A stretch of 64,000 nt of DNA, from positions 302,994,001-303,058,000 of the forward strand of contig OZ024741.1 in the NCBI GenBank assembly GCA_964016885.1, written 5' to 3'. The DNA is from Eledone cirrhosa (Eukaryota). The first letter of the stretch is position 1. Every line of letters begins with the position of its first letter. Under the pieces are notes generated by a model. That model had not been told where the DNA came from and made no database searches. It was given only the letters and a program-made list of their open reading frames with translations. Positions 1 to 14,479 of this stretch are shown in pieces. Made by a program: the position numbers and the translations under genes.

Positions 1-170
1 TTTAAAGTAATCCGCAGTCTTATTTACATACATTTAGCAACACTATTGTTCCAAACTAAGCATAAAGGATTAATAAAGAAATACGAAAAATCCTTAATAA
101 AAATGATCATGCTGGAACATAGTCGTTTTTTCCAATGTTTGAATGAAAAGTTATTCCCTATTATACAAAT

Positions 171-629
<459 letters not shown>

Positions 630-840
630 CGTATGTATGTACATAAAGAAAATATTATTTTGACTGCATCGGATCTAATCAGGGTGGAATGTTCTGAGAA
701 ATGGCTTAAGCCTGAATCGTATTATTGGCTTGGCAGGCGAGAGGTAGTTCATTAATTTCAGGGAACTAAGTCTGTTAGACCTATTAACCACTTTGTGTAA
801 TCACGGTTGAGTTGGTGTTTGTGCTACAACAATATAATAT

Positions 841-910
<70 letters not shown>

Positions 911-928
911 GACCACCACCACCACCAT

Positions 929-1012
<84 letters not shown>

Positions 1013-1060
1013 CACCACCACCACCACCACCACCACCACCACCATCACTATTATTACTAC
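841..1060. repeat. (CTA)n/(CCA)n trinucleotide microsatellite
   Basis: Directly visible. Confidence 0.97.
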
Positions 1061-1424
1061 TCTTATTGCTACCATAATTCTAGTAGTAGTACAGTATTTG
1101 TAATTCTAAGTGAGAACTTGCCAATTCTAAGTGAGATTAAAGATTTAAGGAGCTCAGAAAATTGAACTATAATATATACAAAACTTTTAACCAACATCTT
1201 AACGAGTCTGCCAGGCTATAGCCCTAATACAATAAATGTGGGTGATTTAATAAATTTATAGAGAAAACACAACTAATTATATTGATTAATTAATATTATT
1301 TATTATAATAAAACACCCAAAAGGAACAACGCGAAATAATTAAAAATAATAAACAACCTGTACATAGGTGTAAAGCTGCCACCTGCATTGATCAAGGCTC
1401 CCCACTGTTCTGTTTACGAATATT

Positions 1425-2037
1425 CTTTAACGTTTCCATGCTGTGGAGTCTAGAACTTTCCGTGAGGTTTTCTCAGGTCAGAAAAGGCGGGTATTGATCT
1501 ACCCCAAGTTCTGCTACTTGTTGATATGTATGTATCGATTCATAACACCCGATGAAGTCGAAGGGATGCCGTCGTCTGAACACAGTCGATTTCTTCCAGA
1601 GAATGACAGAGAGAGAATGAGGGAGTGAGAAAGGGGAAAAAATCGACCTTAATACTGAACAGTTACTTCTTTTATCGACCTCGAAACGTTTCCGTATAGT
1701 GTTTCATGCTCTAGTGTCTAGAATCTTCCATGAGGTTTTCTTGGAATAGAATAGGTGGGATGTGATCCATGTTCTGCTGCTTCTTGATATGAATGTATCG
1801 ACTCATAAACCTTGATGGAATCGAAGGGATGTTGTCGTCTGAATATAGCCGAATACTTCTAGAGAATGAGAGAGAGAATGAGAAATCAAGAGGGAGTGAG
1901 AAATCGACCCAGTACTGAACTAGTACTTTTTTATCGACCTCGAAAGATTATTTGAACTCAGCGGGAGCAAACAACCAGAACAAATACTGCACAACATTCT
2001 ATCCGACGTTAGAATGATTTTGCCAATTCGCCGCCTT
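1425..2037 (-). mobile_element. Decayed tRNA-derived SINE with a tandemly duplicated ~260 bp tail
   Basis: tttatcgacctcgaaa core at ~1670 and ~1930; 1429-1685 and 1685-1945 are diverged direct copies; head ...gccaattcgccgcc at ~2022-2035. Confidence 0.6.
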
Positions 2038-3410
2038 GGTTAATATGCAAATTTCCATAAAATTTATGAAAGCAATTTATCACTAAACGATATTTGTTTG
2101 TAGTTTGTGTCATCTGATCTAACTTGTTTCCCTGCCTTTTGTATATTTCATTTGGATTGTCCTGGCGTATTTGATATGAAGTTTTTGTTGGCTATGCTAT
2201 GATGATTATGATGATATTGACGATGACGATAATGATGATAATGATGATGATGATGATGATAACGATAATGACGCACATGGTGGCGTTGATGAGATTTTTG
2301 GTATATGCTGTTATTTTGTTAACAAGTTAAAGTTTTTGATTTGTGTTCTGGCAGCCACTACCCGACCCTTTAGATTCCCCCGCCCCTCACAGGACAGTCA
2401 CCCCCCCCCCCCACAAAAAAACGAAGGTAATGCGTTCACTAAAACTAAAATTAAAACAACCTCACAAAGAGACTATCTCCATAAAATATAACTTAGCAAT
2501 TCTCTACCTAACCAGAGACAATACAACAATTTTCTTGCGTTTAATTTGCGATGAAGCCGTAGTCTCTAGAAAAATTGGGATGTCGATGGGTCTCTGTCAT
2601 CATTTAGAAGGGAACAGAGTCGAATGTATTTTTTATAATCCAGTCAGAGTGTAAACATAATCGTTCTGTGAGGCTGTACCTCTCATATTAACAGATTATA
2701 AGTTGCTTATTACATCTCCACACTCAATAGTCAATAGGGGAAATTGTTAATGAATAACGAAAGACGTGTCTGCAAGAATACAACTCTGATCTTTATTCAA
2801 AATGAGAAACGGCTGTACTAGAAAATTATATTTCTACAAGAGACAGAAATCTCACTTTTTTTAACCATTAATATGAAAGGGGTTTGTATTGTTAATTGTC
2901 TAATCGATTATATATTTGTTAGTGCTGTCATCCTTAACTTCGATGGATTTGGATAGAGAGTATCATGACAGGAACTTGAAATCGGAGTTGCGACTGAATA
3001 AAGCCTTAGATTCGAATAAATGCTCTAAAAATGTATAATCTCTATATGATATAGAAATGTTATTTATAGTTTCAAATACTATTAATTTACTATCAGTGAT
3101 TTAATAAATGAAGAATGTGATAATAAAGAAATGAAAGGTCATAACTGTTAATGAAAGATGGTGAAGTTTAATTGGATATTACACTACAAGTGATAATATT
3201 GTTAAAATATAACATGTACTTAGATAATGTCGATTCGCACTTCAACGTAACATATATATTGAACAAATATACATTAAGAATGAAAACATCTATTTACAAA
3301 TGTCTTCATTCATAAGTGTTCTTGACCGAGAAACAAGATAAAAAAGAAGAGAAACAACTTTGAGACAACTATATGATAAAAAGGGTGTGTGTGCTTGTGT
3401 ATGTTTATAT

Positions 3411-3441
<31 letters not shown>

Positions 3442-3796
3442 TACATAGACATATATACACGTATGAGTATATATACATATGCTTGTATATACGCAATTTC
3501 ATATTGTGTATATAGCTAAAAGAAAAAGATAGATAGTTAAAGAGGGGAGATTCAGAAAAAGAGATAAAGGAAGAGAGAGAGAGAGAGAGAGAGAGAGATA
3601 AGGGGCACACAGATATATGGGTAGAGAAAAAGGAAAAGGGGAATGAAGGGAGGGAAAACCAGAAAACAGAGAAAACGCTTTGTCTTTTGTGTAGAGAAAA
3701 GAAGTGTCGGTGTTTTGTTGTGTCAAAGATAAACATTGAATGTGTATAATACATGCATACCTACCGTATATATATATATACATGCATACACACACG

Positions 3797-3851
<55 letters not shown>

Positions 3852-4167
3852 TAGCAAAACGAAAAGCAAAATGTTTCTTTTTGCGCAAGGAAGAGATTGA
3901 ACTCCGAACAGTCCTTACTAATTTAAATTAGCAGTTATACAATTCTATAACCGGGAGTTGTACCGTTCAACCACCACGACTGTGCTATACTGCAGCCATT
4001 TTTTAAAGTTATATTGCAAATATTAACCTTTGGAATCTTTATGGTCTTAGCGACTTTACACTTTACACAATTTATTTGCTGAAATATTTTATATCGTTGG
4101 ATACCCGGTTCAGTTATTCCATCAATTATTAAAGATTAAAATTTACTTTTATTTATTTAATAAATAA

Positions 4168-4240
<73 letters not shown>

Positions 4241-4293
4241 CCCCTCTCTCTCTCTCGTTCTCTCTCTCTCTCTCTCCCTCTGAATACACACGC

Positions 4294-4510
<217 letters not shown>

Positions 4511-5021
4511 AAGATGGACTGAAATGCCTACACAGATATTCATAGATACGCTCGTGAGTGTTGTACAAATATAGCCGAATATACATATACATCATCTCCT
4601 TCCTCCTTGAATTTTAACCTCACCTTGCACCTTCTCCAAATCTCACGATATCACTTTTAGTAATTAGAAGAAAATCGAAATATATACGTGTCTCTACCGC
4701 CAGTACACGCAATATAGCGAACATTTATCACCCCCCACCGTATCCTCTCAACATCACATTGCATAACTTAATAGTTCCTCCAGTTCAAATTTTGCTCGGG
4801 TCTCCCTGTCATCCTTCCGGTGTTGACAAAATAAAATATCAGATTTTTGAAACTTATATTCTAAACATTCATCTCTGAAACCTTTATCGTTTTCCCTACT
4901 TTTTGGATCCCATTAAATATCAATATAATATCCTTCCATACAGGCTTCATTTATTCTATGATTTGTCAGACATTACTTTTGATATTATTTATTTTCATAT
5001 TTTCCCTTACAAACAACTAAT

Positions 5022-5140
<119 letters not shown>

Positions 5141-5159
5141 TTAATTTTATGCGTCTAAA

Positions 5160-5411
5160 GAAAGTGTACAAGGACAGAAATGTTATAAAGATTGCTGCTT
5201 ATAAAATAGGGTAAAGACCCTTAAAAGACGGAAAAGAATTTGCCAACGACCGCTATGAGGAATTGAATCCCATATCTTCCAGATATCTTCTAGCCGCTAT
5301 CTGGAAAATATGGGGTTCAATTAATCATAGTGGTCGTTGGCCAATACTTTTTCTGTCTTCTAAGGTTGTTCACCCTATTTTATAAGCTCTTAAAGCACTT
5401 TCTTTATACTT
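5160..5411. mobile_element. Fold-back mini-element, family D (copy 1)
   Basis: Inverted arms ~5197-5285 and ~5298-5387 (gcttataaaatagggt...cttccagata / tatctggaaa...accctattttataagc); related sequence at 29587-29720. Confidence 0.7.
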
Positions 5412-5483
5412 ATATAATTACATATATTCTCATCGCTTCAAAAGCCGAAAATTCGGCTCAGTACATTGTTTACACCCCCCCCC

Positions 5484-5524
<41 letters not shown>

Positions 5525-5756
5525 TATATACAGTGGTGGACTGGGTCTAAAAATATTGGTTGCCAGATCAAGGAGGCCCACCTAAATATAGAATGCTATC
5601 ATTTAATGTTTACAATAAATAAATAACATTTTCGAAAAAAGACATAAGTGGAAACAAAACAGTACAATCAAATTTTTGCGGAAAAATATCTGACCTTTTC
5701 CAATAAAAAATATTATGTATTTTGCGAAATCCAGAGACTTTCAATATTGACCAGAC

Positions 5757-5840
<84 letters not shown>

Positions 5841-5842
<2 letters not shown>

Positions 5843-6025
5843 CGAAGGGAGTGATGTAGGGAACCAGATGGACTATAACACACCAGAGTACTCAATCTTA
5901 GGGTAGTAGAGTGGGTAATAAGAAACTGTTTAACCCCGACATCAGAGCTCAAGCCGTTTCGACGGCTATTTCTGAAATAGCCGTCGAAACGGCTTGAGCT
6001 CTGCCGTCGGGGTTAAACATTTTCC

Positions 6026-6028
<3 letters not shown>
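5841..6028 (+). mobile_element. TA-flanked fold-back mini-element, family A (copy 1)
   Basis: (TA)n on both sides; ~75 bp tail, then arms 5918-5972 / 5974-6028 with a 1-nt loop; five more copies in the window. Confidence 0.85.
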
Positions 6029-6103
<75 letters not shown>

Positions 6104-6107
<4 letters not shown>

Positions 6108-7297
6108 AGTTATATATTAATATATATGATAAACACAAAACGTGTTTGTATTGTAACAGACAAAGTTAGCTAGCAATGAAATAAACTAATTAAAGTGAAT
6201 ACAATTTGTCTGTCTCGATATGAGTCAATAAAGACAAGCTTATATTGGCAAAAGCCGTGATTCCTGGACAAATTTAAATTTCAAAATCCAAACCCGCTCC
6301 GTAGATGAATTTGAACTTCGAAACCCAAATATGTTTCGCAACGATGGTACATGAATTGAAAAATAAAGAGAATCGAAATAGAATTGAAATAAAAAGTGGA
6401 ATATCCAAATCTTCTGTGCTTATCAACAGGAATCCAGTAAAATTAGTACATTTCACCTTCAAAAATTTTGCAGGTCTGATTACACGTGGTGTAGCCAGCC
6501 AAACTAGCCTATCCCGCATTCCCGGTGCTAAAAATAACAGCCGTTTATACGGGATTAAAGATCAGCTCTACAGTTAAGGAGCAATATACTATATTATATT
6601 TAGAGATTAAACTCTTAATCGTTTACAATTAATCAGCTCAAAGAAAGAGGCATTTCTGAGCAGTGAAATACAAGTTATATATTAATATATATGATAAACA
6701 CAAAACGTGTTTGTATTGTAACAGACAAAGTTAGCTAGCAATGAAATAAACTAATTAAAGTGAATACAATTTGTCTGTCTCGATATAAGTCAATAAAGAC
6801 AAGCTTATATTGGCAAAAGCCGTGATTCCTGGACAAATTTAAATTTCAAAATCCAAACCCGCTCCGAAGATGAATTTGAAGGTGGAATGTACTAATTTTA
6901 CTGGATTCCTGTTGATAAGCACAGAAGAATTGGATATTTCACTTTTTATTTCAATTCCATTTCGATTCTCTTTATTTTTCAATTCATGTACCATCGTTGC
7001 GAAACATATTTGGGTTTCGAAGTTCAAATTCATCTACGGGGCGGGTTTGGATTTTGAAATTTAAATTTGTCCAGGAATCACGGCTTTTGCCAATATAAGC
7101 TTGTCTTTATTGACTTATATCGAGACAGACAAATTGTATTCACTTTAATTAGTTTATTTCATTGCTAGCTAACTTTGTCTGTTACAATACAAACACGTTT
7201 TGTGTTTATCATATATATTAATATATAACTTGTATTTCACTGCTCAGAAATGCCTCTTTCTTTGAGCTGATTAATTGTAAACGACTAAGAGTTTAAT
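6104..7297. repeat. Tandem-plus-inverted duplication (large fold-back)
   Basis: 6104-6316 repeated at 6669-6880; 6604-6880 inverted at 7024-7297; 6881-7023 is the reverse complement of 6317-6460. Confidence 0.9.
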
Positions 7298-7583
7298 CAT
7301 CTAAAGGTACAATACAACCAATACAACATATTTCTATATATGCATATATATTATTCTAAAGCTCATACACGTAAGAATCTTCAGAGAAGAAACATTGTTG
7401 TCTTTAAGTGTGTTGCTGGAGGAAAGTCTGTACGATAGCAAATCGAAGTTAGCCATTTATGGTATAATTATTCCTTCACAGTTCTTTCTCTCTTCTACTC
7501 TTATGATATATGTCTCTTATATATATATATATATGATACACTCTCACACACACATATATATATGATATAGTAAATGGCAGAGA

Positions 7584-7628
<45 letters not shown>

Positions 7629-7774
7629 TGATAGATATCCACATGTAGTTAAATTGTATTCACACATGTGTATGTGTATATACATATGCCTATTTGTTTG
7701 TGTGTGTATGCGGTTGTTTCTATGTATAAATATTTCTCTCTTTCTCTCTCCCTCTTTCTCCCTCTCCCTCTCTC

Positions 7775-8265
<491 letters not shown>

Positions 8266-8799
8266 GGGGGGAGGGGAGGGGGGGGAATGAATAATTAAAT
8301 AAATAAAGAGATTCAAGTGAACTGCTGAAATTCTAAATGAAACTACTTAAAATATCTTTCGCCTTCCGTTTTCGTTCTTTTTTTTGTCTGCTTAATGAAC
8401 TATCGTATGAGAAAAGATAATCCCTGCGGCCGAACGACCCACGGGTGATATAAGAGCCTTTTGTTTATTTATCTAGGTTTCATTCTCATGTATACGGTGG
8501 TGTAAGTTTGGAATGGGTGTGGAACTAACACCGCCGCCATTTACCTAAAGCTGTCACCACTACCCCAGCTATTCCAATCATCGAAAGCCTCAACTTTACT
8601 ACTCAATGCTGGCTTTGCTACCAAAACAACATATAACATACTAACGAGTGAGCCTCTATGTTGCCATTGTACTAACTAGAAATATAAGTCAAATATCTCT
8701 TAAATCACATCCTTATATATATATATATAGAGAGAGAGAGATTATTTCCTTCGAGTGAAACAGTTCCAGTCCTGTAGAAGCCATTTCTATATTAAATGT

Positions 8800-8960
<161 letters not shown>

Positions 8961-9150
8961 ATGATTGGTTTTCCGAAGAGGAACGAAAAGAGACCACAGT
9001 TAAATATGTTATTCAATACATTAAGTTAGAGAAGGTGTATTTTATCGCATTTTGGGCGTCAACACCTAATTCTACTCTTTGGTGTAGGCATAATCATTGA
9101 AATCTCTCACTGACACACTGTACTGTACAACAAACAACACCAAAACGCAG

Positions 9151-9283
9151 TTTCACCCTTTCATGACCATATTTTCAATGAAAGACATTGTATTTGATTT
9201 TCACTCCTTCGTTACAATATTTTTAATGAAAGACATTAAATCTAAATTTCACCCTTTCGTTACCATATTTCAAATAAAAGACT
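9151..9283. repeat. Three diverged ~48 bp tandem units
   Basis: tttcaccctttc..taccatattt..aatgaaagac starts at 9151, 9198 and 9247. Confidence 0.75.
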
Positions 9284-9553
9284 GAATGTGGTTTTCAAAT
9301 AATTTTGGAAATAATCAATTACTTGGAAGGATTTAGTAATATAACTAACTTTCTCCTTAACTTGATTTTCTCTTGGAATATAACAAAGATTTTTACATAA
9401 AAGTATTATGGAAAATCTTTAGATAAACACTTTCAAACAAACGGATAGTTTTATATGGTTTGGCAGCAAAATAGTTCGAGCACTCCCGTTCAATTTCGTA
9501 GATTATTTCTCAATGAATATTTCTCGACATCAACTAGTAAGTAGTTCATAGTT

Positions 9554-9554
<1 letters not shown>

Positions 9555-9599
<45 letters not shown>

Positions 9600-9621
9600 G
9601 CTACTGCTGCTGCTGCTGCTG

Positions 9622-9683
<62 letters not shown>
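9555..9683. repeat. (CTA)n/(CTG)n microsatellite
   Basis: Directly visible. Confidence 0.95.
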
Positions 9684-9883
9684 GGTGGATCTTACTCCTC
9701 TCTAGGTCGAAACAGTTAAATTCCCCTAAAGTGAGTAAAGATCGAGCCCAATACTGGATTGGTATTTTATTTATCGACCGCGAAACGATGAACGGCTGAA
9801 AGGCAAAGTTGTATACAATTAAAATGTATAAAATAGAGTGTGAACTATATAAAATAAATAAAATAGTGTGTAAACTATGTAAG

Positions 9884-10032
9884 AAGGCGGCGAATTTACA
9901 GAGTCGTTAGAACGTCAGATAGATGACTTTTTCAATATTCATTCTCGCTCTCACCGCTCCGAGTTCAAATCCCAGCATGGTAAACTTATTTTTTTCATCG
10001 TTTCGAGATCGATAAGTGAAGTACCATCCCAG

Positions 10033-10034
<2 letters not shown>
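9884..10034 (+). mobile_element. tRNA-derived SINE (decayed)
   Basis: aaggcggcgaattt..cagagtcgttag head, B-box-like gagttcaaatccc, tttcatcg..gatcgataa..gtacca core. Confidence 0.7.
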
Positions 10035-10090
<56 letters not shown>

Positions 10091-10093
<3 letters not shown>

Positions 10094-10246
10094 GTAGAAC
10101 ATTGGAAGGTAATATCCGTAGTGGTAGAGCACTCAGTCCATGGGACGAATTAGGTAGACATGGTTGTATAACCATGTCCATTACGAGCTGAGGATCCGCT
10201 AAGGCGAAACAATTGTTCTCGGTAGTGTGAACTAACTGTTGTGTAA

Positions 10247-10249
<3 letters not shown>
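10091..10249 (+). mobile_element. TA-flanked mini-element, family B (copy 1), with hammerhead-like motif
   Basis: (TA)n on both sides; cattacgag-CTGAGGA-tccgctaaggc-GAAAC-aatt-GTT-ctcggtagtg; second copy at 39821-39990. Confidence 0.8.
10180..10227 (+). ncRNA. Minimal type I hammerhead ribozyme-like motif
   Basis: CUGAGGA and GAAA boxes, palindromic stem III AACAAUUGUU, stem I cattacgag/ctcggtagtg; stem II is weak. Confidence 0.6.
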
Positions 10250-10306
<57 letters not shown>

Positions 10307-10310
<4 letters not shown>

Positions 10311-10780
10311 GAGTCGTTAAGACGTCGGATAGAATGCTTTATGGCAGGCATGTCAAACATGCGGCCCTTTACAAGCACACCTGCGACCCGCACAAAGGAT
10401 TTTGTTTTGCGAACATGTTTTGTTTTCGTAAAATTTGTTGTAATGTGCTCGTAAAATTAGTTGTCGAGTGTGGCCCTCAGACAACACATATGTGACCCAT
10501 GTGGCCCTCGAGGGACCCTCAGTTTGACATGCCTGATTTACGGTATTCGTACCACGCCATTGCGAGCTCTGAATTCAAATCTCGCCGGGGTCAACTTTGC
10601 CTTTCATCCTTTCGAAGTCGATAAAAAAGTATGAGACCAGTACTGGGGTCGATTCTTCCTCTATAGAGAAAATCGGCTGTGTTCAGACATAGAGTGGGTT
10701 GGGCTCCGCCAGGTTTAAAAATACCCTAGACCCGCTGTTTGACGATGTCTCTACGACCCCACAAGGAGTTATGGGATCTT
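10307..10780 (+). mobile_element. tRNA-derived SINE interrupted by a MITE
   Basis: gcagagtcgttaagacgtcggat head; gaattcaaatctcgccggggtcaactttgcctttcatcctttcgaagtcgataaa core; tail matches the reverse complement of 50335-50400. Confidence 0.75.
10345..10535. mobile_element. hAT (Charlie-like) MITE
   Basis: Perfect 14 bp TIR caggcatgtcaaac/gtttgacatgcctg; imperfect 8 bp TSD ctttatgg/atttacgg; subterminal gcggccc/gtggccc motifs. Confidence 0.85.
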
Positions 10781-10784
10781 TATC

Positions 10785-10835
<51 letters not shown>

Positions 10836-10839
<4 letters not shown>

Positions 10840-11112
10840 TACACAATTATCAAAGTTATGTTCAAATCATTTTATTACTGACAATCGTTTCTTCCAAACT
10901 TTCGTTTGGAATCATCGGAGCATTAGCAATGATTTGTCAGCAATAAAATGATTCGAACATAACTTTGATAATTGTGTAATTTATATTCCTACTCTGTTAA
11001 ACACCTGATGTTCTTACATTGAGCTATTTCTCTTACTGGTAATACGGTAGTAATAAATTACTTACCTTTCCTGTTTATAGATGTTTATAGTATATACATA
11101 ACTATAAATAGT

Positions 11113-11117
<5 letters not shown>
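10836..11117. mobile_element. TA-flanked fold-back mini-element with a hammerhead in the loop
   Basis: Arms ~10836-10889 / 10928-10983 plus a tail; minus-strand tgct-CCGATGA-ttccaaac gaaa gtttggaa-GAAAC-gatt-GTC-agta. Confidence 0.8.
10876..10922 (-). ncRNA. Hammerhead ribozyme-like motif (CCGAUGA variant core)
   Basis: 8 bp stem II with GAAA tetraloop, GAAAC...GUC, 4 bp stem I; U4 is replaced by C. Confidence 0.65.
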
Positions 11118-11176
<59 letters not shown>

Positions 11177-11179
<3 letters not shown>

Positions 11180-11463
11180 GATGAGTGAAGAATAAAGTGG
11201 TTGGCTGTTTTACTTAAAGCATCAACACTTGTTTCATTAGTCCGGTGTGTCTAAAAATCGCTGATCGCTAGAAGCTACTCACTCGATTTTAATTACAGTC
11301 GATACCCGAACAAATCATCAGAATGTAGAGTATTCTGATGATTTGGTCGGGTATCGACTGTAATTAAAATCGAGTGAGTAGCTTCTAAGGATCAGCGATT
11401 TTTAGACACACCGGACTAATGAAACAATTGTTGAGTCAAACAACGCCGAACGTTAAAACTATC
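11177..11463. mobile_element. Fold-back mini-element with two inverted extended-stem-II hammerhead motifs
   Basis: Arms 11222-11324 / 11332-11434; CTGATGA at 11335 and GAAACAATTGTT at 11421; left end resembles the 3' end of the PLE at 16841. Confidence 0.8.
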
Positions 11464-11520
11464 CTTGATACAGAGTACTCATAACCTCTATTTGGATTAC
11501 CTTAAACGATATCTCGTTAA

Positions 11521-11747
<227 letters not shown>

Positions 11748-11905
11748 TAGGATTGGTGCTCTGAAATAGCGAAGTATACATGTATGTATGTATAGTATAT
11801 TTGGCAATATAACGTATGTTTAATTAAAAAGATTTTCAAGACCTTGCGCTATCATTTTAAAGTAGTAACTATTTCACTTCTTTTTTCGGCAAAGAAGGGA
11901 GAGAA

Positions 11906-11946
11906 GCTGACAGATTCTGTTTCACACTGTTGGTGTTCCTCAGAGC
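11906..11946 (-). ncRNA. Minimal type I hammerhead ribozyme
   Basis: gct-CUGAGGA-acac caaca gtgt-GAAACAG aat CUGUC-agc: canonical core, GUC triplet, all three stems pair. Confidence 0.75.
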
Positions 11947-12009
11947 AACGCAATCAGTTCCTGACTATTGCTGGAATTCTATAAGAATCCAGCCTCTATA
12001 ATTTACGTT

Positions 12010-12050
12010 GTTCTGAGGAACAGCAACAGTGTGAAACAGAATCTGTCAGC
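12010..12050 (+). ncRNA. Minimal type I hammerhead ribozyme (inverted partner)
   Basis: gtt-CUGAGGA-acagcaacagtgt-GAAACAGAAUCUGUC-agc. Confidence 0.65.
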
Positions 12051-12165
12051 TTCTTTGCCGAAAAAAGAAATAAGTGACATAGTCACTACTTTAAAATGAT
12101 AGCGCAAGGTCTTCAAAATTTTTAATTAAACATACGGTATTATTACCAAATATACTATACATACA

Positions 12166-12235
<70 letters not shown>

Positions 12236-12865
12236 GTCCCCCCAAAATGGGACATATATATATGTATATGCGAATGTATCAGGTACATAATGAACTACGG
12301 TGTCGTGGTAGCTTACAGTGGTGCGTGATCTAACATAAGCACATACACCAAAATAGAAGTAAATCTTTTTTTACGAATGCATATACAGACACACACATGC
12401 CCATGCAAACGCAAGCAAAAATAGAAACACTCTCATAAAAATGTCTGTGCATACTCCCCTCCCAGCCCAAAACTCTCCCATAAACTCACGCACATACACA
12501 CATATACGCATACCTCGCAAAATCAAGAAAAACAAACATATACCAATATCCACTCCTTACCCCCTCTCTCTGTGTCTATCTATCAGTCTCTCTCCCCCTC
12601 TTTCTCCCCCCTCTCTCTCCCTCTCTCTCTCACTCTCCTTCTCTACGTCTCTCCCCGTCACGCCACTCATTAAACAAACGTACATCATTGTCTGTTCAAT
12701 GTTGAATTGTTGAAATAAAAGTCTAACACATATAGCGAGATATGAGTATAGTATGCACGATATCAGATGTCGTGCAGTTATCATTTTTATTGGTTAATTC
12801 TGGTTTATCTCATAGTCTCAGCCATGCGCCAACCCGCCGACTGACACATAGACGACCCCACCCAC

Positions 12866-13265
12866 GTCAACACTGCATGTTATATAATACAAAGCCTTGA
12901 GTGTATGACATAGCGGTGATGGGTAGAGGAATAGGGATACATGATAGATAAAGATAAATGAAGATTGGGTGAAGGAAGGTGGGATAAAGGAAGAGGGAGA
13001 GGGGGAGAATACCGGGTTTTTAGTTGAGAAGTGTAGTTATGTGTTCTCTTTGCAGAGTTGTTTGGTCCGGGTTCGATCCCATTATCAACACCGCATGTTA
13101 TATAATAGAAAGCTTTTAGTGTATGACATAGCGGTAGTGGGTAGAAGATTGGGTGAAAGAAGGTGAGATTGGGGAAGAGGGAGAGGAGGAGAATACAGGG
13201 TTTTAATTGAGACGCGTAGTTAGGTGTTCTCTTCGCAGAGTCGTTTAGTCCAGGTTTGATCCCAG
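12866..13265. repeat. Diverged ~200 bp tandem duplication ending in a SINE-like B box
   Basis: tcaacac.gcatgttatataata.aaagc.tt.agtgtatgacatagcggt at ~12867 and ~13085; each unit ends in ggtt(c/t)gatccca. Confidence 0.65.
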
Positions 13266-13605
13266 CTTAAGCAAGTGTTTTCTAGCATAGTTCCGGGGCG
13301 ACCCACGATTTGTGTGTGAAATTGGTTACACTGACACTCACCGGCTGAAGTGTGTGTTTTTCTGAGTGATTGAATTAATCAGATGTCCGTTAAAACACAG
13401 GCACATGGCGGCCAGTAGGTGCTTGTGGCGAAGGCCGCGATGTTGTAAGAATTTTGACAGGGTCTCTGGGTGGAGTTTTTTTATTTCGGTAATCCATTGC
13501 ATTTTTACCTCTGAATAAGTCATAAAATAACGATGGGGTCATGAAGGAGCTGGTGTTGCTTATCTCCTCTACAGGTCTGAATTTCTTGCAGAGAAGGAGA
13601 GAGAG

Positions 13606-13658
<53 letters not shown>

Positions 13659-14479
13659 GAGAGAGAGAGAGGGGGGAGGGGAATGAGAAAGAAATATAGA
13701 GGAAGAATTGACCCCAGTACTGGATTAGTTTATTTTTATCAACTTCGAAAGGATGAAAAGCAAAGTTGGCCTCGGCAGGATGTTGACTCAGAGCTCAGAG
13801 AGCCAGAACGAATACTGCAAAACATTCATTCAGGTAGATATGTTACACTACACCTTTAGTTGTGATGATAGGCTGCAATGTGAAGGATATTTAGCTGCTA
13901 TTACTAGGAGCCTTCCTTGTCGGCTATATATAAACACTAAATCGGTTGACTTAAGAACCACCATACATATGAGTACACATATACACACATATGTTACGTA
14001 CATACATATATACTTATGCATACATACAAACATATGCAGACATATTCACACATATACACTTATAGTATCTGACTATCTCTATACCACTAACTTACTTTTC
14101 CTCTTTATATATTTGTCAATCTTCTCTTCCCTTTCTTTCCTTTGATTAATCTCTTTCTTTTCTTCACTTCTTTTTTTTTCCATATCCGCCATTTTTGATT
14201 ATTGTTATTCTTAAATCGTTGATGCTTGTAAGTTAAAACTGTTAATTCTACTGGGATAAATTGACCTCCACGCTTAATTTCAGTTGTAGCTCAAACGACA
14301 AAAATTCACGCATAGACTACCTCTATAAATCTGTCATATCGTGTGTATATAAGGAATCATTGGCAGAGATTTGTCAGGTGAACCAAGTCCACGACCCGGT
14401 TTCGATTTGCTGTTGAAACTGTTTCACTTATGTCTCTAAGATTCTTGGTACAGTACAAACGTCCTAGCTTTTCAGATAG

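Larger units (their letters stand above)
11748..12169. mobile_element. TA-flanked fold-back mini-element with paired hammerheads
   Basis: Arms ~11782-11954 / 12002-12167; each arm carries CTGAGGA-aca..tgt-GAAACAGAATCTGTC-agc. Confidence 0.85.

Noticed and set aside
5841-6028. Hairpins as miRNA precursors or classical MITEs
   Set aside because: They are multi-copy with a variable apex and a one-sided tail, which fits neither; MITE origin is disfavoured but not fully excluded for family A.
6650-6675. ctgagcagtgaaa as a minimal hammerhead
   Set aside because: Core spacing is wrong and no convincing stems form.
6274-7064. Paired ORFs MNLNFETQ.../MNLKVECT... as a duplicated gene
   Set aside because: They arise from the inverted duplication; no recognisable domain.
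8965-9000. ccgaagaggaacgaaa as a hammerhead
   Set aside because: Stem II is one base pair and there is no valid cleavage triplet.
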